From Candidatus Cybelea sp. (lineage in GTDB: Bacteria > Vulcanimicrobiota > Vulcanimicrobiia > Vulcanimicrobiales > Vulcanimicrobiaceae), in assembly GCA_049285355.1 (NCBI GenBank), contig JBAPZS010000321.1, positions 1 to 27,115 of the forward strand: a DNA stretch of 27,115 bases, given 5' to 3'. Below, piece after piece: positions 18,945 through 27,115 of the stretch; within the stretch, counting starts at the first letter, position 1; each line of letters starts with the position of its first letter. The notes beneath the pieces are model-generated. The model was not told the origin of the DNA. It saw nothing but the letters and a program-made list of their open reading frames with translations, and did not search any database. The translations under genes were made by a program, and so were the position numbers.

Positions 18945-19448
18945 GTGTCATTTACGCTACTTCTGGTCTTGCTCGTCCAAACGGCGAGCCCCACATGGCT
19001 CGCGCAGAGCTTTTTCGGAAGCCTGCCGATCGACGGCATCACCTGCGATCGAGCGGAGGGGTCGGTCGAGCACATTCATACGCAGTTGCAGCTCTACAAT
19101 CGCGGGCGCCCTGAGGTGATCCCTGCTCAGATCGGGATGTCGCAGTCGGCGAACTGCCTGTACTGGATCCACACGCACGACACCGGCGGATTCATCCACA
19201 TCGAATCGCCGGTGAAGCGCGGCTTCACGCTGGGCGAGTTCTTCGATATCTGGGGTCCCGACTTGAGCTGGACGAAGGCCGGCGTGGTGACTGCCCCGCA
19301 CGGAGGCCGCCTCACGATCTGGCTGAACGGCACGCCGTGGCACGGGAGCAACCCGCGCGACATCGTCCTGCGCGACCGCGAGACGATCGTGATTCAAAGC
19401 GGGCCTCCGTTCGCAAAACCGGCACGGGCCGATTGGTCGAAGTTTTAA
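18945..19448 (+). CDS. Exported hypothetical protein with HxH motifs (putative metal-binding)
   Basis: GTG 18945 after GAAGG; hydrophobic N-terminus; IDGITC, EHIHTQL, CLYWIHTHDTGGFIHIES, FTLGEFFDIWG. Confidence 0.8.
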   Translation: MSFTLLLVLLVQTASPTWLAQSFFGSLPIDGITCDRAEGSVEHIHTQLQLYNRGRPEVIPAQIGMSQSANCLYWIHTHDTGGFIHIESPVKRGFTLGEFFDIWGPDLSWTKAGVVTAPHGGRLTIWLNGTPWHGSNPRDIVLRDRETIVIQSGPPFAKPARADWSKF

Positions 19449-20965
19449 TCACCGGTCGCGACCTCGCCCTCGAAGCAATCGAGGCGGTTGCGTACGGCGC
19501 CCCCATTGCGATCTCGCCCACAGCTCGCCGGCGCGTCGCTCGAGCGAGCGAGTTTGTCGCGAGTCAGTTTGCGGCCGGTAAGCCGATCTATGGCGTGACG
19601 ACCGGTTTTGGGCGGTTAGCGAATATCGTCGTTCCGCCGGCGGATGCCGCCGAGCTGCAAGTCAATCTCGTCCGCAGCCATGCTGCCGGTACCGGGGTTC
19701 CGCTTGAAATCCCGGTTGTTCGCGCCGCGAGCGCCTTGCGCATCAACTCGCTCTCCGCCGGCCATTCGGGCGTCAAGCCGCAGACGCTCGATCTGATCGT
19801 AGCGATGCTCGAGCGGCGCGTGACTCCGGTCGTACCCTCGCAGGGCTCGGTCGGCGCCAGTGGCGACCTTGCACCGCTCGCACACATGACGCTCGCGCTC
19901 ATCGGCGAAGGCGAGGCCTACTACCGTGAAGAGCGGATGTCCAGCGCCGTTGCCTTGGAGCGAGCGGGTCTGGTTCCCATCGAGCTGGGGCCGAAGGAAG
20001 GCCTCGCGCTGGTCAACGGAACGCAGGTGATGACGGCCATTGCGGCCCTGGGCGTCCTGCGAGCGGAGCGGCTCACCGCCGCGGCCGACGTCATCGGCGC
20101 GATGTCGCTCGAAGCCTACCTCGGCAGCGACCGGGTCTTCGACCGCCGCCTCAACGATCTGCGGCCCCATCCGGGGCAAGAGCGCGTCGCGGCCAACCTA
20201 CGCGCGCTCTTGGAGCGCTCGGAGATCGTTTGGTCGCACGCGGAATGCGAGCGCGTTCAGGATCCGTACTCATTTCGATGCATCCCGGTCGTGCACGGTG
20301 CGGTGCGCGATTCGGCCGCCTACGTCCGCCGCGTTACGGAGATCGAAGCGAACTCGGTTACCGACAACCCGCTGGTCTTTCCGGAGGACGGCGACTTTCT
20401 TTCGGGCGGCAACTTTCACGGTGAGCCGGTCGCGCTGTCGACCGACTTCTTGAAGATCGCGATTGCGGAGCTCGCCTCCATCGCGGAGCGCAGGCTCTAT
20501 CTCTTGCTCAACGCCGAAGATCGCGGCTTGCCGCTCTTCCTTACGCAGCGCTTGGGATTGCAGTCGGGATTGATGATCGTCCAGTATACGGCGGCCGCGC
20601 TGGTCAACGAGAACAAGGGTTACGCCTGGCCCTCGAGCGTCGACTCGATCCCGACCTCGGCGGGCCAGGAGGATCACGTGAGCATGGGCATGACCTCGGC
20701 CAGCAACCTCTTGCGCGTGCTGGACAACGTGGAAGGGGCGCTTGCCTGCGAACTACTCGGGGCGATGTCAGCGACCGATTTTCGCCGGCCGCTACGCTCG
20801 GGCCGCGGAACGCAGGCCGCCTACGACGTCGCGCGCGAGTCGATCGCGCCATGGACCAACGACCGGTCGCCGGCGCCCGACATCGAGGCCGCTCGCGAGC
20901 TCATTCGTTCGCAGCGGTTGGTTGCGGCCGCGGAAACGTCCATCGGACGCCGGCTTACAGGCTGA
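19433..20965 (+). CDS. hutH: Histidine ammonia-lyase
   Basis: YGVTTGFG, NLVRSH, GSVGASGDLAPL (MIO), KEGLALVNGT, QDPYSFRC, GGNFHG, QEDHVSMG; TTG start at 19433 inferred. Confidence 0.94.
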   Translation: MVEVLITGRDLALEAIEAVAYGAPIAISPTARRRVARASEFVASQFAAGKPIYGVTTGFGRLANIVVPPADAAELQVNLVRSHAAGTGVPLEIPVVRAASALRINSLSAGHSGVKPQTLDLIVAMLERRVTPVVPSQGSVGASGDLAPLAHMTLALIGEGEAYYREERMSSAVALERAGLVPIELGPKEGLALVNGTQVMTAIAALGVLRAERLTAAADVIGAMSLEAYLGSDRVFDRRLNDLRPHPGQERVAANLRALLERSEIVWSHAECERVQDPYSFRCIPVVHGAVRDSAAYVRRVTEIEANSVTDNPLVFPEDGDFLSGGNFHGEPVALSTDFLKIAIAELASIAERRLYLLLNAEDRGLPLFLTQRLGLQSGLMIVQYTAAALVNENKGYAWPSSVDSIPTSAGQEDHVSMGMTSASNLLRVLDNVEGALACELLGAMSATDFRRPLRSGRGTQAAYDVARESIAPWTNDRSPAPDIEAARELIRSQRLVAAAETSIGRRLTG

Positions 20966-23900
20966 CGCTGAACTGCAGGTAGGCGTTAAAAGGATTCGGC
21001 AGCACGAAAGCGTTCGTGTCGGCGTAACCGGGCGTGTACGACTGCGCGAACGCCGGGTTGAGCGACACGCCGTTGGCTCCCCGGTCGTTCGGCGAGACGC
21101 CGTTATAGAAGTTCGAAACGTAGTAGAAGTTGTCCACGTACCCGCACGTATAGCCGTTCGGTGGAAACTGTTTGGTCCAGGGCTCCGATGATCCGCCGAA
21201 GCAGGCGTTGACCAAGTTGGCCAACAGCAGGTTCGCCTTCACCCGTGCGCTCAACTCGTAGCCGACCTGGAGGCTGAAGTTGAGCTGGCTCGGCTGCCGG
21301 AACGCTCCGAAGGAATCGAAGCCGCCGGTTTGCGGATTTGGAATGAAGAGTTCGCCCGCGGACGTCCCGTTTTGCGTGGCCGCCAGACCGCAGGTGGTGT
21401 AGTCGGCCTGGAGGGGATTCTTGACGTGGATCGGCGAGTTGATGAAGCCCGCCGAATTGCTCGTGCACGTGCGAGGGTCGATGCCGAGAACGTCGGCCGG
21501 ATTGCCGTAGAGCGAGCCTTCGTTAAACGTCACGGCGGGCGTCATGTTGAACCGATTGTGCCGGTAGTTGACGAGCACGCTCAAAACGTTGGGCGAGAGA
21601 TAGGCGTAATCGAGGCCGACGGGATACCAGCCGTCGCGCGCCAGTAGCGGCTGAGACGACATCGCGTAGTACGGATTCCAAATCGGCGGATTATACTTCG
21701 GGTTGAGCTGCGTGCACTTCGGATCCGGGAAGACGTTGCCGGTCTTGTTGTTTTCGTAGCACTGGGAGCCTCCCCCAGCCTTCGTGAGCCCATTGAAGTT
21801 CGCGATGTCCTGGTTGTAGGGATCGATCGGGTTAATTGAAGTACCCGGGTAGCTATTCCAGCGCTCGGCGGCGTTCGTATAGGTGTAGGAGATCAAGAAC
21901 GAGAGGCCGTTCTTACTGAAGTCGCCCTTCGTGAACTCGACTTCGAAGCCGTCGACGCGCTCTACGCCTGAGTTGAGGCCGCCGCTGAGTCCAAACGGCA
22001 GCGCGATGCTGTAGACCTGATTGGTCGCGTAACGGTAGTACGGCGTAACCTTGATGGACATGTCCGTACCTTTGAATCGCCGCTCGTACGAGGCGTCGTA
22101 ATTATCCGAGTACTGCACCTCTGCGTTGTGCAGCGGAGTCGTGTAGCCATACTGCCAGAAGGCTTGAAAGAGGTCGTAGGCCAGATTGTTGTCCTTGGCG
22201 TTGTATTGAACTTGGTACGTCTCCGGCTCTTGCGCGTACCGGCCGGCGGATAGGCGCAGCACGGTATCGGGATTGAGCGTGTACGTGAGCCCCAACTGCG
22301 GCGTGAATGCGTAATCGGCCGCCGACGGCGGATAGCTATTGCTTAGGAGCGCGTGCCCGTCCTTACCGTCCGGATGGACCGTCTGCACCGGGTGCGCCGG
22401 AACCGAGTTGTCAACCGGGCAGTTGAATCCGACGAACGGAATAGGCGGCTTGCCGCTCGCCGGCGGCGTTGGGATGAAGTACGGCGCCAGGGTCACGGGG
22501 TTGTAACAAAACTCATTTTGACCGGCTAAGAACCAAAAGTTTTGACCGTTGTTCGACGTGTTGGCGAGGTTGTATTCGTAGATTTCGTCGCGAAGGCCGA
22601 TATTGACGTTGAGTCGATCGGTCGGAGTCCACAGGTCCTGCAGCGCAATGGCCGTGAAGTTCGGTTCGACCGTGTTGAGAAAGCCCGAGTTGCCCGTATA
22701 CGTGACCTGCCAGCTTGCGCCGGGAACTGTCGGACCCGGCTCGGGATCGCTGAACGCGCCGCTCGTCAGCGCGCTGTTGCAGGGAGCGGGTTGCCCTTGC
22801 TGATAGACCTCACCGCCCTTGTATACGCTACCGGTATAGTAGGCAAAGCACTCTTTGCCGTTGGTAAGATTTGTGGCGGACGTGCTGAGGAAGTTGTTGA
22901 AATTATCGTTGTTGTAGCGGTTTGTAGTGGCCGTGGTGTAGTTGGTATCAAACGTGAGGAGATGCTGTGAACTGAGCTGATCCGCGAAGGTGAAAGCCAG
23001 ACCGCGCGTATGCGACTCAAGCTCGTAGTCGTAGCTGAGCGCGCCGAACCCAAAGAACGGCGTGCCGTAGCTCAGCGCGCTGGTTTGGAGCCAATCCGAA
23101 TAGAACCCGTAGCCATATATCCTAAAGTAGGCGTTCGAGCCCATGTTGTGCTGGTACTGAAGCTTGAAAATCGAAGCGTTGTTCCAAAACGAGTCGCGAT
23201 TGTCGGGCGGAACGGCGGAGTAGGTCCCCGTCGGGCATTCGCCGGCGATGTGGATGTAGTAATAATCACCGTACGGGTCGACGTTGGCGCAACGGTTTCC
23301 CGGAGAGCTCGGCGCGAAGTACGGAACGGGTGAAATGCCCGAGGCGCTCTGCCCAAAATGCGTTCCGCTGGGCCAGGTGACGAAGTCGGGCCAGACTTCT
23401 GGCACTGAAAGGCCGCGCTCGTACTGACTCAGCTCGGTGATGACGTTAGGCCCCAGGTCGTTCTGCGAGCTGTAGAACTGCGTCTGCAGCGCGACGACGT
23501 TGTACAGCACTTGAATGTCGTCGCGGCCGGCGTCGTGCCGGTGCGGGATTCCGATGTGAAGATTGACGACGCTTTCGCGATCCGCCAGGTTTGAGACGCC
23601 GTACGCCGAGTATGCCGGAGTGATCGTTTGGTAGCAGCCGGGGTCGTTCGCCGTATGGTATTTGTTCAGCGTGTTGACGGGCAGCGGCACGTAGCCGTGC
23701 TGTCCCGGATTGAGACCGAACGGGTTCCAGATCGGGGAAGGATTCGGGCCGTCGTAGTAGCCGGTTCCACTCGGCGGGTTATAACCGCACGTTGGGTAGA
23801 CGCCTGCGAAGTAAAGATTGGCCGTGTTGAACGCGATCGCCGGATAGCCCCAGACGTCGCCGAGATTCGAGCCGTTGAATTGGTCGAGGTAGCGGTAATC

Positions 23901-24788
23901 CTGGTTGTAACCGCCGATGCCGACGTAGTAGGAGAAGAGCCGGTCGGGGGTTGCACCGCCCACTTCGACCTGCAGGCTGTGATAGTAGGTCGGCGTTCCG
24001 ATGCCGCCGCTCACCGTCGCGTAGCCCGGATAGGTGCCGGTCTTGATGACCTGATTGATGAATCCGGCAAGTCCGCTCGTGCTTTCGCCTGCCGTTCCGC
24101 CGCCGGCGTAGACCTGCAGCTCTTGCTGGCCGAGCGAGCCGGCCGTGCTGCCGGGATAGTTGTCGAACGAACGGTTCACCGGAACGCCGTCGAACTCGTA
24201 CCCGATCTGATCGAAGTTGCCGCCGCGAATGTAAACCGTTTCGTTCCAGCCCTGCTGGTTGGGCGGTACGAAGACGCCGGGAACCGCGCCGATCGCCGAA
24301 TAGGCGTTGTTCAAGTTCCCGCCGCCCCCGATTCCGGCAGCGGCCTGTGCCACCGTCGAGTTAACCGAGTAGATGTCGCTGGTCGTGCCGGGCTTGACGA
24401 CGTCCATCGAGGATCGAGCCGTGACGTGCGCGATCGTCTGTAACGAAGGCGCGAGCGTGACGCGAATCGTCTGAACCTGGTCGGCGAAGACCGAGAGCCC
24501 GGTGAGCGTGGACGTCTCGAAGCCCGGCTTAGAAGCCGTCAACGTGTACGTATCCGGCGCGAGCGAAAGCATGGAGAAGCGGCCCGATGCGTCGGTCGTA
24601 ATCGTGACGCTCTGGGACGGACTGATTGCGACGACCCGCGCGCCGGCGATCGGCGTTCCGTTGCCGCTCGCGACGATCCCGGTCAGTGAACCGGTCGTGC
24701 CGGCCTGCGCGCGCGGAATGGAAAAAGCGCAAGCGATGGCGAGCGCAAGAACGAAGAGCGACCACCTCGGCAGCCACAGCCCGTACAT
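20955..24788 (-). CDS. TonB-dependent outer-membrane receptor with N-terminal carboxypeptidase-regulatory-like domain (Oar-like)
   Basis: Signal peptide ending AQA-GT, plug motif VYIRGG...[10 protein letters not shown]...[10 protein letters not shown], aromatic beta-strands, C-terminal YLQFSVSL; start ATG 24788. Confidence 0.9.
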   Translation of the reverse strand: MYGLWLPRWSLFVLALAIACAFSIPRAQAGTTGSLTGIVASGNGTPIAGARVVAISPSQSVTITTDASGRFSMLSLAPDTYTLTASKPGFETSTLTGLSVFADQVQTIRVTLAPSLQTIAHVTARSSMDVVKPGTTSDIYSVNSTVAQAAAGIGGGGNLNNAYSAIGAVPGVFVPPNQQGWNETVYIRGGNFDQIGYEFDGVPVNRSFDNYPGSTAGSLGQQELQVYAGGGTAGESTSGLAGFINQVIKTGTYPGYATVSGGIGTPTYYHSLQVEVGGATPDRLFSYYVGIGGYNQDYRYLDQFNGSNLGDVWGYPAIAFNTANLYFAGVYPTCGYNPPSGTGYYDGPNPSPIWNPFGLNPGQHGYVPLPVNTLNKYHTANDPGCYQTITPAYSAYGVSNLADRESVVNLHIGIPHRHDAGRDDIQVLYNVVALQTQFYSSQNDLGPNVITELSQYERGLSVPEVWPDFVTWPSGTHFGQSASGISPVPYFAPSSPGNRCANVDPYGDYYYIHIAGECPTGTYSAVPPDNRDSFWNNASIFKLQYQHNMGSNAYFRIYGYGFYSDWLQTSALSYGTPFFGFGALSYDYELESHTRGLAFTFADQLSSQHLLTFDTNYTTATTNRYNNDNFNNFLSTSATNLTNGKECFAYYTGSVYKGGEVYQQGQPAPCNSALTSGAFSDPEPGPTVPGASWQVTYTGNSGFLNTVEPNFTAIALQDLWTPTDRLNVNIGLRDEIYEYNLANTSNNGQNFWFLAGQNEFCYNPVTLAPYFIPTPPASGKPPIPFVGFNCPVDNSVPAHPVQTVHPDGKDGHALLSNSYPPSAADYAFTPQLGLTYTLNPDTVLRLSAGRYAQEPETYQVQYNAKDNNLAYDLFQAFWQYGYTTPLHNAEVQYSDNYDASYERRFKGTDMSIKVTPYYRYATNQVYSIALPFGLSGGLNSGVERVDGFEVEFTKGDFSKNGLSFLISYTYTNAAERWNSYPGTSINPIDPYNQDIANFNGLTKAGGGSQCYENNKTGNVFPDPKCTQLNPKYNPPIWNPYYAMSSQPLLARDGWYPVGLDYAYLSPNVLSVLVNYRHNRFNMTPAVTFNEGSLYGNPADVLGIDPRTCTSNSAGFINSPIHVKNPLQADYTTCGLAATQNGTSAGELFIPNPQTGGFDSFGAFRQPSQLNFSLQVGYELSARVKANLLLANLVNACFGGSSEPWTKQFPPNGYTCGYVDNFYYVSNFYNGVSPNDRGANGVSLNPAFAQSYTPGYADTNAFVLPNPFNAYLQFSVSL

Positions 24789-24855
24789 GCGTCGCGGTCT
24801 TTCGCCGCAGAGCGAGAGAGGTCTTGTCCTCATCCGCAAGAATTCTGCCAAGGTT

Positions 24856-26514
24856 ATGAGCGTGGTCGAGGGAGCTCGCGTCGTTCGGGCGCCGCGCGGC
24901 ACCGAGCGGAGCTGCTTGGGTTGGCCGCAAGAAGCCGCGCTGCGGATGCTGATGAACAACCTCGATCCTGAGGTTGCCGAACGCCCCGACGATCTCGTCG
25001 TCTACGGCGGTAACGGGCGCGCGGCGCGCTCTTGGCCGGATTTCGATAAGATCGTCCGCACCCTTCGCCGGCTCGAGAACGACCAAACGATGCTCGTGCA
25101 GAGCGGCAAGCCGGTCGCGGTCTTTCGGACGCATGCGCGCGCGCCGCGCGTGCTCATCGCCAACGCCAATCTGGTTCCGAAATGGGCCGATTGGACCGTC
25201 TTTCGCCAACTCGAGGCGCAGGGTCTCACGATGTACGGCCAGATGACGGCCGGTTCGTGGATCTACATCGGGTCGCAAGGCATCGTTCAAGGAACCTACG
25301 AGACGTTTGCCGAGCTCGCGCGCCGGCATTTCGCCGGCTCGCTGACCGGCCGCCTAACGTTGACGGCCGGCGTCGGCGGAATGGGCGGCGCGCAGCCGCT
25401 GGCGATTACGATGAACGGCGGGATCTGTTTGATCGTCGACGTCGATCGCGCGCGCCTGGAGCGTCGCCGCGACGTGCGGTACCTCGATCGGGTGGCCGAG
25501 TCGCGCGATTCGGCACTGCGACAAGTCGACGAGGCGCGCAAATCGGGCGAAGCGGTCTCGATTGGATACGAGGGGAATGCGGCCGAAGAGTTCCCGCGGC
25601 TCTACGAGCTTGGCTTACGGCCGGATGCGGTAACGGATCAGACGTCGGCGCACGATCTGCTCGACGGATACGTTCCAGCCGGGCTCACGCTTGCCGAGGC
25701 GGCCGAGCTTCGCAAGCGCGATCCGGACGAGTATCAACGCCGGGCGCTGCAGGGCTGCGCGGAGCAGGTGCGCGCGATGGTGCGGTATCTCGACGCGGGC
25801 GCGATCGTCTTCGATTACGGCAACAACATTCGCGCCCAAGCCCAGCTCGCGGGATTCGAGCGCGCCTTTGACTTCCCGGGCTTCGTGCCCGCCTTCATTC
25901 GACCGCTCTTCTGCCGCGGTTCGGGTCCCTTTCGCTTTGCGGCGCTCTCCGGCGATCCGGCGGACATCGCGACATGCGACGAAACGCTGCTCAAACTCTT
26001 CGAAGACGACGAGTCGCTGACGCGCTGGATACAAATGGCGCGCGAGCGCATCGCCTTCCAAGGGTTGCCCGCTCGCATCTGCTGGCTTCCCTACGGGAGC
26101 CGCGCAAGGGCGGGCCTCGCATTCAACGAGCTCGTGCGCAGCGGCAAAGTCAAGGCGCCGATCGTCATCGGTCGCGATCACCTCGACACCGGCAGCGTCG
26201 CATCGCCATATCGCGAGACGGAGGCGATGAAGGATGGAAGCGACGCGATTGCCGATTGGCCGATCCTCAACGCACTGCTGAACACCGCCGCCGGCGCTCA
26301 CTGGGTGAGTTTCCACCACGGCGGCGGCGTCGGCATCGGTTACAGCCTGCACGCCGGAATGGTCGTGGTGGCCGATGGAAGCGACGAAGCCCGGGAGCGA
26401 CTTGGGTGCGTTCTCACGACCGATCCAGGGCTCGGCGTCGTGCGCCATGCCGACGCCGGCTACGAACTCGCAATCGAAACGGCAGACACAGAAGGACTCG
26501 ATTGGCGTCTCTGA
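24856..26514 (+). CDS. hutU: Urocanate hydratase
   Basis: [75 protein letters not shown]; start ATG 24856 gives 552 aa. Confidence 0.96.
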   Translation: MSVVEGARVVRAPRGTERSCLGWPQEAALRMLMNNLDPEVAERPDDLVVYGGNGRAARSWPDFDKIVRTLRRLENDQTMLVQSGKPVAVFRTHARAPRVLIANANLVPKWADWTVFRQLEAQGLTMYGQMTAGSWIYIGSQGIVQGTYETFAELARRHFAGSLTGRLTLTAGVGGMGGAQPLAITMNGGICLIVDVDRARLERRRDVRYLDRVAESRDSALRQVDEARKSGEAVSIGYEGNAAEEFPRLYELGLRPDAVTDQTSAHDLLDGYVPAGLTLAEAAELRKRDPDEYQRRALQGCAEQVRAMVRYLDAGAIVFDYGNNIRAQAQLAGFERAFDFPGFVPAFIRPLFCRGSGPFRFAALSGDPADIATCDETLLKLFEDDESLTRWIQMARERIAFQGLPARICWLPYGSRARAGLAFNELVRSGKVKAPIVIGRDHLDTGSVASPYRETEAMKDGSDAIADWPILNALLNTAAGAHWVSFHHGGGVGIGYSLHAGMVVVADGSDEARERLGCVLTTDPGLGVVRHADAGYELAIETADTEGLDWRL

Positions 26515-27115
26515 TCGTCCGCGCGAAGACGATCATTACGTGTGACACACAGGCCCCGCAATGCGGCATCGACTTCGATGCACTCGGCCGCATCGACGGC
26601 GGAGCGATGCTCGTCGAAGACGGCGTCATCAAAGCGATCGGATCCCCTGCTGCTTGTCGTGCTTCGACTTCGCTCAGCATGACAAGCAGCAGCAGCGAGC
26701 TCGACTTTTCAAACCACGTCGTCTTCCCGGGATTCGTCGACGCGCACGCGCACCCGCTCTTTGCCGGCGATCGCGAGCCGGACTTCGCCGCGCGGCTACG
26801 GGGCGAGCCGCCGCCGCAGGGCATGCGCTACACGATCGAACGCACGCGCGAGGCGCTGCTCGACCCCGGGGCGTTTTACGAAAACACGCTTCGTCCGCGG
26901 TTGCGCGCGATGCTCGCGCACGGCACCACGACCCTCGAGACAAAAACGGGCTACGCGCTGCATCGCCCCGGAGAGATGGCACTGCTCGACATCGTTGCGG
27001 GGCATCGCGGTGATCCCGACGTGCCACGTCTCGTAGCAACCTTTCTCGGGGCGCACGCGCTGCCGCCCGAGTTTGCCTTCGAACGCGAGGACGGCTTCAT
27101 CGACTATCTTATCGA
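26502..27115 (+). CDS. hutI: Imidazolonepropionase (truncated by window end)
   Basis: Not in the ORF track; hand translation from TTG 26502 (RBS GAAGGA): ...[16 protein letters not shown]...[12 protein letters not shown]...[10 protein letters not shown]. Confidence 0.9.
   Translation, partial: MASLIVRAKTIITCDTQAPQCGIDFDALGRIDGGAMLVEDGVIKAIGSPAACRASTSLSMTSSSSELDFSNHVVFPGFVDAHAHPLFAGDREPDFAARLRGEPPPQGMRYTIERTREALLDPGAFYENTLRPRLRAMLAHGTTTLETKTGYALHRPGEMALLDIVAGHRGDPDVPRLVATFLGAHALPPEFAFEREDGFIDYLI
26647..26692. repeat. REP-like palindromic element, copy 3, inside hutI
   Basis: CTGCTGCTTGTCGTGCT-tcgacttcgctc-AGCATGACAAGCAGCAG, 17-bp stem with one G-U. Confidence 0.7.

Noticed and set aside
24502..24959. 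Long antisense overlap of the hutU and receptor ORFs in the track
   Set aside because: Artefact of longest-start calling; homology and signal peptide place starts at 24856 and 24788
26414..27056. Several short track ORFs after hutU
   Set aside because: Shadow frames of hutI, which is open to the window end

Overview
GC-rich bacterial chromosomal segment of mostly housekeeping genes, with no mobile element, CRISPR array, rRNA or tRNA detected. It combines Terrabacteria-type genes (ClpC, SigK/RskA-like ECF pair, fused biotin carboxylase-BCCP) with a large TonB-dependent receptor. This suggests a diderm Terrabacteria lineage such as Vulcanimicrobiota/Eremiobacterota (inference only). Gene order: truncated TonB/TolA-like membrane protein; propionyl-/methylmalonyl-CoA cluster (mce, mutase large subunit, biotin carboxylase, fabI, carboxyltransferase); secreted prolyl oligopeptidase; ECF sigma, anti-sigma and secreted target; DUF59 protein; clpC, secreted protein, WYL regulator, ornithine cyclodeaminase-like gene; GNAT; His-rich secreted protein; hutH; an oppositely oriented TonB-dependent receptor; hutU; truncated hutI. 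The most notable unannotated signals are: (i) a ~210-nt minus-strand unit at about 18630-18841 with a good sigma70 promoter overlapped by a DnaA-box cluster, a multi-stem fold and a strong terminator just before the GNAT gene; (ii) a duplicated ECF promoter motif AATCCA-N15-CGTTC defining a small regulon; (iii) a dispersed REP-like palindrome, one copy lying in frame inside hutI; (iv) a free-standing copy of the receptor's N-terminal domain behind a SigW-type promoter.
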